DNA from: Candidatus Freyarchaeum deiterrae
GTDB taxonomy: Archaea > Asgardarchaeota > Jordiarchaeia > Jordiarchaeales > Jordiarchaeaceae
NCBI GenBank assembly: GCA_037305845.1
Contig: CP147778.1
Location: forward strand, 1,024,001-1,088,000
DNA length: 64,000 nt
Direction: 5' to 3'
Below, piece by piece: positions 60,458-64,000 of this stretch. Position 1 is the stretch's first letter. The number at the start of each line of letters is the position of its first letter. A program made the translations under genes and the position numbers. A model generated the notes under the pieces. That model did no database searches, was not told the origin of the DNA, and saw only the letters and a program-made list of their open reading frames with translations.

Positions 60458-61790
60458 AGAAAAATGCGGTGTATTCGGAATCTACGCCTTTGACGAAAAG
60501 TGGAATGTTTCAAGATTTTTGTATTACGGTCTGATCGCGTCGCAGAATAGGGGGCAAGAAACCTGTGGAATAGCTGCTTTCAACGGAAACGAAATTAGAT
60601 GCGTCAAAGGCAAGGGAATGGCGGAAGAAGTTTTTTCATCAGAAAAGTTGGAGAAGGTACCTGGCTGGATAGGAATAGGAAACGTTTGTCCATTTAACCC
60701 AGAATCCACAGATAACATACAGCCAGTCAGCGATAGTGATTCCGGACTAGCTTTCAGCTACAATGGGAAAATTCTTAATTTCAAAGAAATTTCTCCTAAT
60801 TCGAATGTCGGCAAGAATGAAGACGCGAATGTTGCCGCAAGGTTATTGTCTAAGGAATTAGAGAAGAGCGATCCCTTAGAAGCGACTGAGAGCGTTATGG
60901 AGAAGTTTAAGGGTGCTTACTCATTCACAGCCATTACCAAAAGGGGGGAGATGATTGCAGCTCGAGACCCGATGGGCGTAAAGCCCCTCTGTATAGGGAG
61001 CTTTGGTTTCGATCACGGAGCTGTAGCCTCCGAGAGCGCGTCATTAGATGTTATAGGTGCCGACTACAAGGCGCCAATAAAACCCGGAGAAATTTATGTC
61101 TTCACACCTTACAGTATAGAAAGAAAGCAGGCCTTCAAACCGGAGCCTCGTTACTGCGCCTTTGAGTATGTGTATTTTGCGCGCCCAGATTCCCTGATAA
61201 ATGATAAGTCGGTTTACGAAGCCAGAATGAAGATCGGAGAATACCTTGCCAAAGAGTTTCCAGTGAACGCTGACATTGTTATAGGGGTTCCTGAAACCGC
61301 TATACCATTCGCTATGGCTTATTCGGACTACACGGGTATTCCCATAGAAATGGGATTCGTAAGAACCGGCCGAGCGGTACGAACCGCAATAAAGCCTACA
61401 CAATTTGAACGGCTTGTGGGAGTACAACTTAAGCTAAATCCAATCCGTCACGCTATTAGAGGAAAGAAAGTAGTTTTAATTGATGACAGCGTAGTTAGAG
61501 GGACCACAACTAGAAACATTGTTAATTTAATGCGCAACCGTATAGGAGCTAAGGAAGTTCATGTAAGAATTGGCAGTCCCCGATTGATTTCTCCTTGCCC
61601 ATTCGGTGTTGAAGTTCCTGAGAAAGACGAACTTATCGCGGCTAACTTGTCAGCAGAGGAAGTAAGCAAGGTTGTTGGCGCAGACACTTTTGCTTGGCTA
61701 TCACTTGAAGGTGTTATCAATTCAACAGGATTCCCAAAGGAGAAATTATGTTTAGGATGCTTTACAGGTGAATACCCCCTTGGAGAGTAA
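60447..61790 (+). CDS. purF: Amidophosphoribosyltransferase, divergent paralog 2
   Basis: KEKCGV, CAFEYVYFARPDS, DDSVVRGTT, LCLGCF; glutaminase motifs altered. Confidence 0.88.
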   Translation: MKFKEKCGVFGIYAFDEKWNVSRFLYYGLIASQNRGQETCGIAAFNGNEIRCVKGKGMAEEVFSSEKLEKVPGWIGIGNVCPFNPESTDNIQPVSDSDSGLAFSYNGKILNFKEISPNSNVGKNEDANVAARLLSKELEKSDPLEATESVMEKFKGAYSFTAITKRGEMIAARDPMGVKPLCIGSFGFDHGAVASESASLDVIGADYKAPIKPGEIYVFTPYSIERKQAFKPEPRYCAFEYVYFARPDSLINDKSVYEARMKIGEYLAKEFPVNADIVIGVPETAIPFAMAYSDYTGIPIEMGFVRTGRAVRTAIKPTQFERLVGVQLKLNPIRHAIRGKKVVLIDDSVVRGTTTRNIVNLMRNRIGAKEVHVRIGSPRLISPCPFGVEVPEKDELIAANLSAEEVSKVVGADTFAWLSLEGVINSTGFPKEKLCLGCFTGEYPLGE

Positions 61791-61795
61791 TAAAA

Positions 61796-63274
61796 ATGGT
61801 TAAAGTTCTACTTGTGGGAAATGGAGCGAGAGAACACTCCATTGCAGACGCATTAGCAAGAAGCACACACGACCCCAAGATTTATTCTGCGGCAAGCGAA
61901 AAAAATCCAGGAATAGTTCGCATATGTGAAGAAACAGGCGGAGAAATCATTCTAGGAAAGCCAACAGACCCAAAATTCGTAGCCGAGACCGCCCAAAAAC
62001 TCTCGGTAGATTTCGTCTTCATAGGACCTGAGGAACCACAGTTCCTTGGTGTAGCGGATGAGGTTGAAAAACAAGGAATCCCCTGTATAGGAGCAAAAAA
62101 AGGCCCCGCAGAGATTGAAATGTCCAAAGCATTTATGCGGAGACTAATGTGGAAGTATGACATACCCGGAAGGCTAAGATTTATGGCGTTTAAGAACGTT
62201 GAGGACGCCATAGCATACATAAATGAATTTGCTGAGAGTGTAGCTCTAAAGCCCGCACGGCAGGCAGGGGGAAAGGGAGTAAAGGTCATTTCCGACTTAC
62301 AAGCATATCTCCAAGAGGAAAAAGCCGAAGTTAAAAGAAAGCACGCCCAAGACATATACGAAAAACACATGCAACCATATGACGACATTGAAGACCGAAT
62401 ACTAATAGAACAGAAAGTAGAAGGCCCAGAATACACGATACAGTGCTTCACGGACGGAAAAACCGTAAAGCCCCTACCACTAGTTCAGGACAATAAAAAC
62501 GCATACGAGATGGATGTAGGACCGGAAACTGGCGGCATGGGCAGTATAGGAGGACCGGGATTAACGCTCCCCTTCATAAATGGAGAGGAGTACAAACAAT
62601 CAGCCGCGATAGTGGAAATGACAGTGAAAGCTATAAATAAAGAATTGAACCAACCCTACCGCGGAGTAATAGCAGGTCAAATGATGCTAACCGCCCTATG
62701 GGGACCCACAATAATCGAGTTTTACTCCAGATTCGGAGACCCAGAAGCCGTAAACGTATTTCCAATACTTGAGACGGATTTAGTGGATATCTCAGAAGCT
62801 ATAATAAGTGAAAAACTTCACAAAATCAATTTAAAATTCAAAGACACGGCAACAGTTGTAAAATGCGTGGCACCCAAGGGCTATCCTGACAGAAGGGATT
62901 TAGCAAAGGGTCATCCACTGAGCGTCGACGAAGCAGCAATCAAAAAAAGAGGCGCAAAAGTCTTCTACGGCTCAGTAGGATTAGAAAACGGAGAAATAAT
63001 CACAGGTGGATCACGAGCTGTAGAAATTTATGCTGATGCTGATACAATTCCAGAAGCATCAGAAATAGCAGAAAGCTGCGTAGATAGTATTAAACTCAAG
63101 GACAACTGGGGATTATTCCACAGGTCGGACATCGGTAGCGAAACACTCTTGGAAAAGAGAGTTGAGTTAGCACAATTGATTCGAGAGATATACAATTATC
63201 GCAAAGAAAAAAGGCTTATAGGAAAACAAGTGGATTGGATACCCGGAAGGGGACGTATAGAATACCAAGCTTAA
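61796..63274 (+). CDS. purD: Phosphoribosylamine-glycine ligase
   Basis: GNGAREH, GPEEP, AGGKGV, GPETGGMG, RFGDPEA. Confidence 0.97.
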   Translation: MVKVLLVGNGAREHSIADALARSTHDPKIYSAASEKNPGIVRICEETGGEIILGKPTDPKFVAETAQKLSVDFVFIGPEEPQFLGVADEVEKQGIPCIGAKKGPAEIEMSKAFMRRLMWKYDIPGRLRFMAFKNVEDAIAYINEFAESVALKPARQAGGKGVKVISDLQAYLQEEKAEVKRKHAQDIYEKHMQPYDDIEDRILIEQKVEGPEYTIQCFTDGKTVKPLPLVQDNKNAYEMDVGPETGGMGSIGGPGLTLPFINGEEYKQSAAIVEMTVKAINKELNQPYRGVIAGQMMLTALWGPTIIEFYSRFGDPEAVNVFPILETDLVDISEAIISEKLHKINLKFKDTATVVKCVAPKGYPDRRDLAKGHPLSVDEAAIKKRGAKVFYGSVGLENGEIITGGSRAVEIYADADTIPEASEIAESCVDSIKLKDNWGLFHRSDIGSETLLEKRVELAQLIREIYNYRKEKRLIGKQVDWIPGRGRIEYQA

Positions 63275-63407
63275 ATTCTTTTATTATTCCACCCTAATAA
63301 GAGATTTAGATTCTTACAAAGACTTTTTAAACCAGTTCAATTTAGAACAAAGAAGTGAATATTACTGAGAATTTTCAGTAAAGAGAAGAGAAGAAGGGTG
63401 TAAAATT

Positions 63408-63812
63408 ATGGCTGAAAAGAAACCTTTGGTCTCCATAATCATGGGCAGCGAATCCGACAAGGAAATATCTGCGAAGGCTGTTGAGGTTTTAAAGAGCAGT
63501 AATATACCTCACGAGGTAAAAGTGATTTCTGCCCACAGGAATCCAAAAGAATTGGAGAAGTATATATCTGAAACAAAATCAGTAATTTTCATCGCAATAG
63601 CGGGGCTAGCCGCTCACCTACCTGGATTTATAGCCTCGAGAACCGAGAAACCGGTCATCGGAGTACCTGTAAGTTCTAAACTAGGGGGTCTGGATTCTCT
63701 ACTCTCAATAGTGCAGATGCCTTCAGGTGTACCTGTAGCTTGCGTAGGTATTGACAATGCCCAAAACGCGGCTTTCTTAGCATTGAGAATATTAAAACTG
63801 GCAGGATATTAA
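63408..63812 (+). CDS. purE: PurE (N5-CAIR mutase/AIR carboxylase), short form
   Basis: [35 protein letters not shown]. Confidence 0.97.
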   Translation: MAEKKPLVSIIMGSESDKEISAKAVEVLKSSNIPHEVKVISAHRNPKELEKYISETKSVIFIAIAGLAAHLPGFIASRTEKPVIGVPVSSKLGGLDSLLSIVQMPSGVPVACVGIDNAQNAAFLALRILKLAGY

Positions 63813-63843
63813 AAAGCTCTTAAGGAATGGAGGCTTCATAATA

Positions 63844-64000
63844 GTGGATTTCCAAATAGTTATTGTGGGAGCGGGGCCAGCGGGATTAGCCGCAGCCTAT
63901 GAACTCACAAAAAATGGAGTTAGAAACATTGCAGTCATAGACCAAGGTAAAGCCGCCACCAAAAGACAATGCCCCATGATTAATAATTACAAAATGTGCG
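63844..64000 (+). CDS. FAD-dependent oxidoreductase, N-terminal fragment (runs off the window)
   Basis: GTG start after GGAGG; IVIVGAGPAGLAAAYEL Rossmann motif. Confidence 0.8.
   Translation, partial: MDFQIVIVGAGPAGLAAAYELTKNGVRNIAVIDQGKAATKRQCPMINNYKMC

Noticed and set aside
1-64000. Selenoprotein read-through, transposases, integrases, rRNA/tRNA genes; remaining short overlapping ORFs in the track
   Set aside because: No in-frame TGA within conserved domains and no such signatures were recognised by eye; the short ORFs overlap confident genes and lack motifs

Overview
Gene-dense, AT-rich archaeal chromosomal segment. It is most likely from an Asgard archaeon (inference: longin-like and Roadblock/LC7 proteins alongside TFB, Rpo12, aIF1, GGGPS, GGR, LysW pathway and FBP aldolase/phosphatase). 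Content is mostly housekeeping: purM and a purCSQLFFDE cluster, lysWXYZJK, ether-lipid genes, a lipoate module (ligase plus LipS1-type radical SAM), translation/transcription factors, PGK and FBPA/P. The top finding is that the FBP aldolase/phosphatase gene is interrupted just after its conserved EMEY motif by a 73-nt structured insert (31908-31980). Its ends form a relaxed bulge-helix-bulge, and cutting at the canonical endonuclease positions restores the expected YTTLPGVLKKL C-terminus. This is a candidate tRNA-endonuclease-spliced intron in a metabolic mRNA. Other highlights are an unannotated box C/D sRNA predicted to guide 16S Cm1402, two related pyrimidine/purine-repeat structured intergenic elements (about 40.5 kb and 44.9 kb) at sharp strand-composition switches, a structured leader at 29.7 kb, a secreted Trp/Pro-rich micropeptide, an ABCE1 missing one FeS cysteine, and complementarily degenerated tandem purF paralogs. 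Several real small genes missing from the ORF track were added (rpo12, ferredoxin, lysW). No tRNA, rRNA, CRISPR array, transposase or integrase was recognised.
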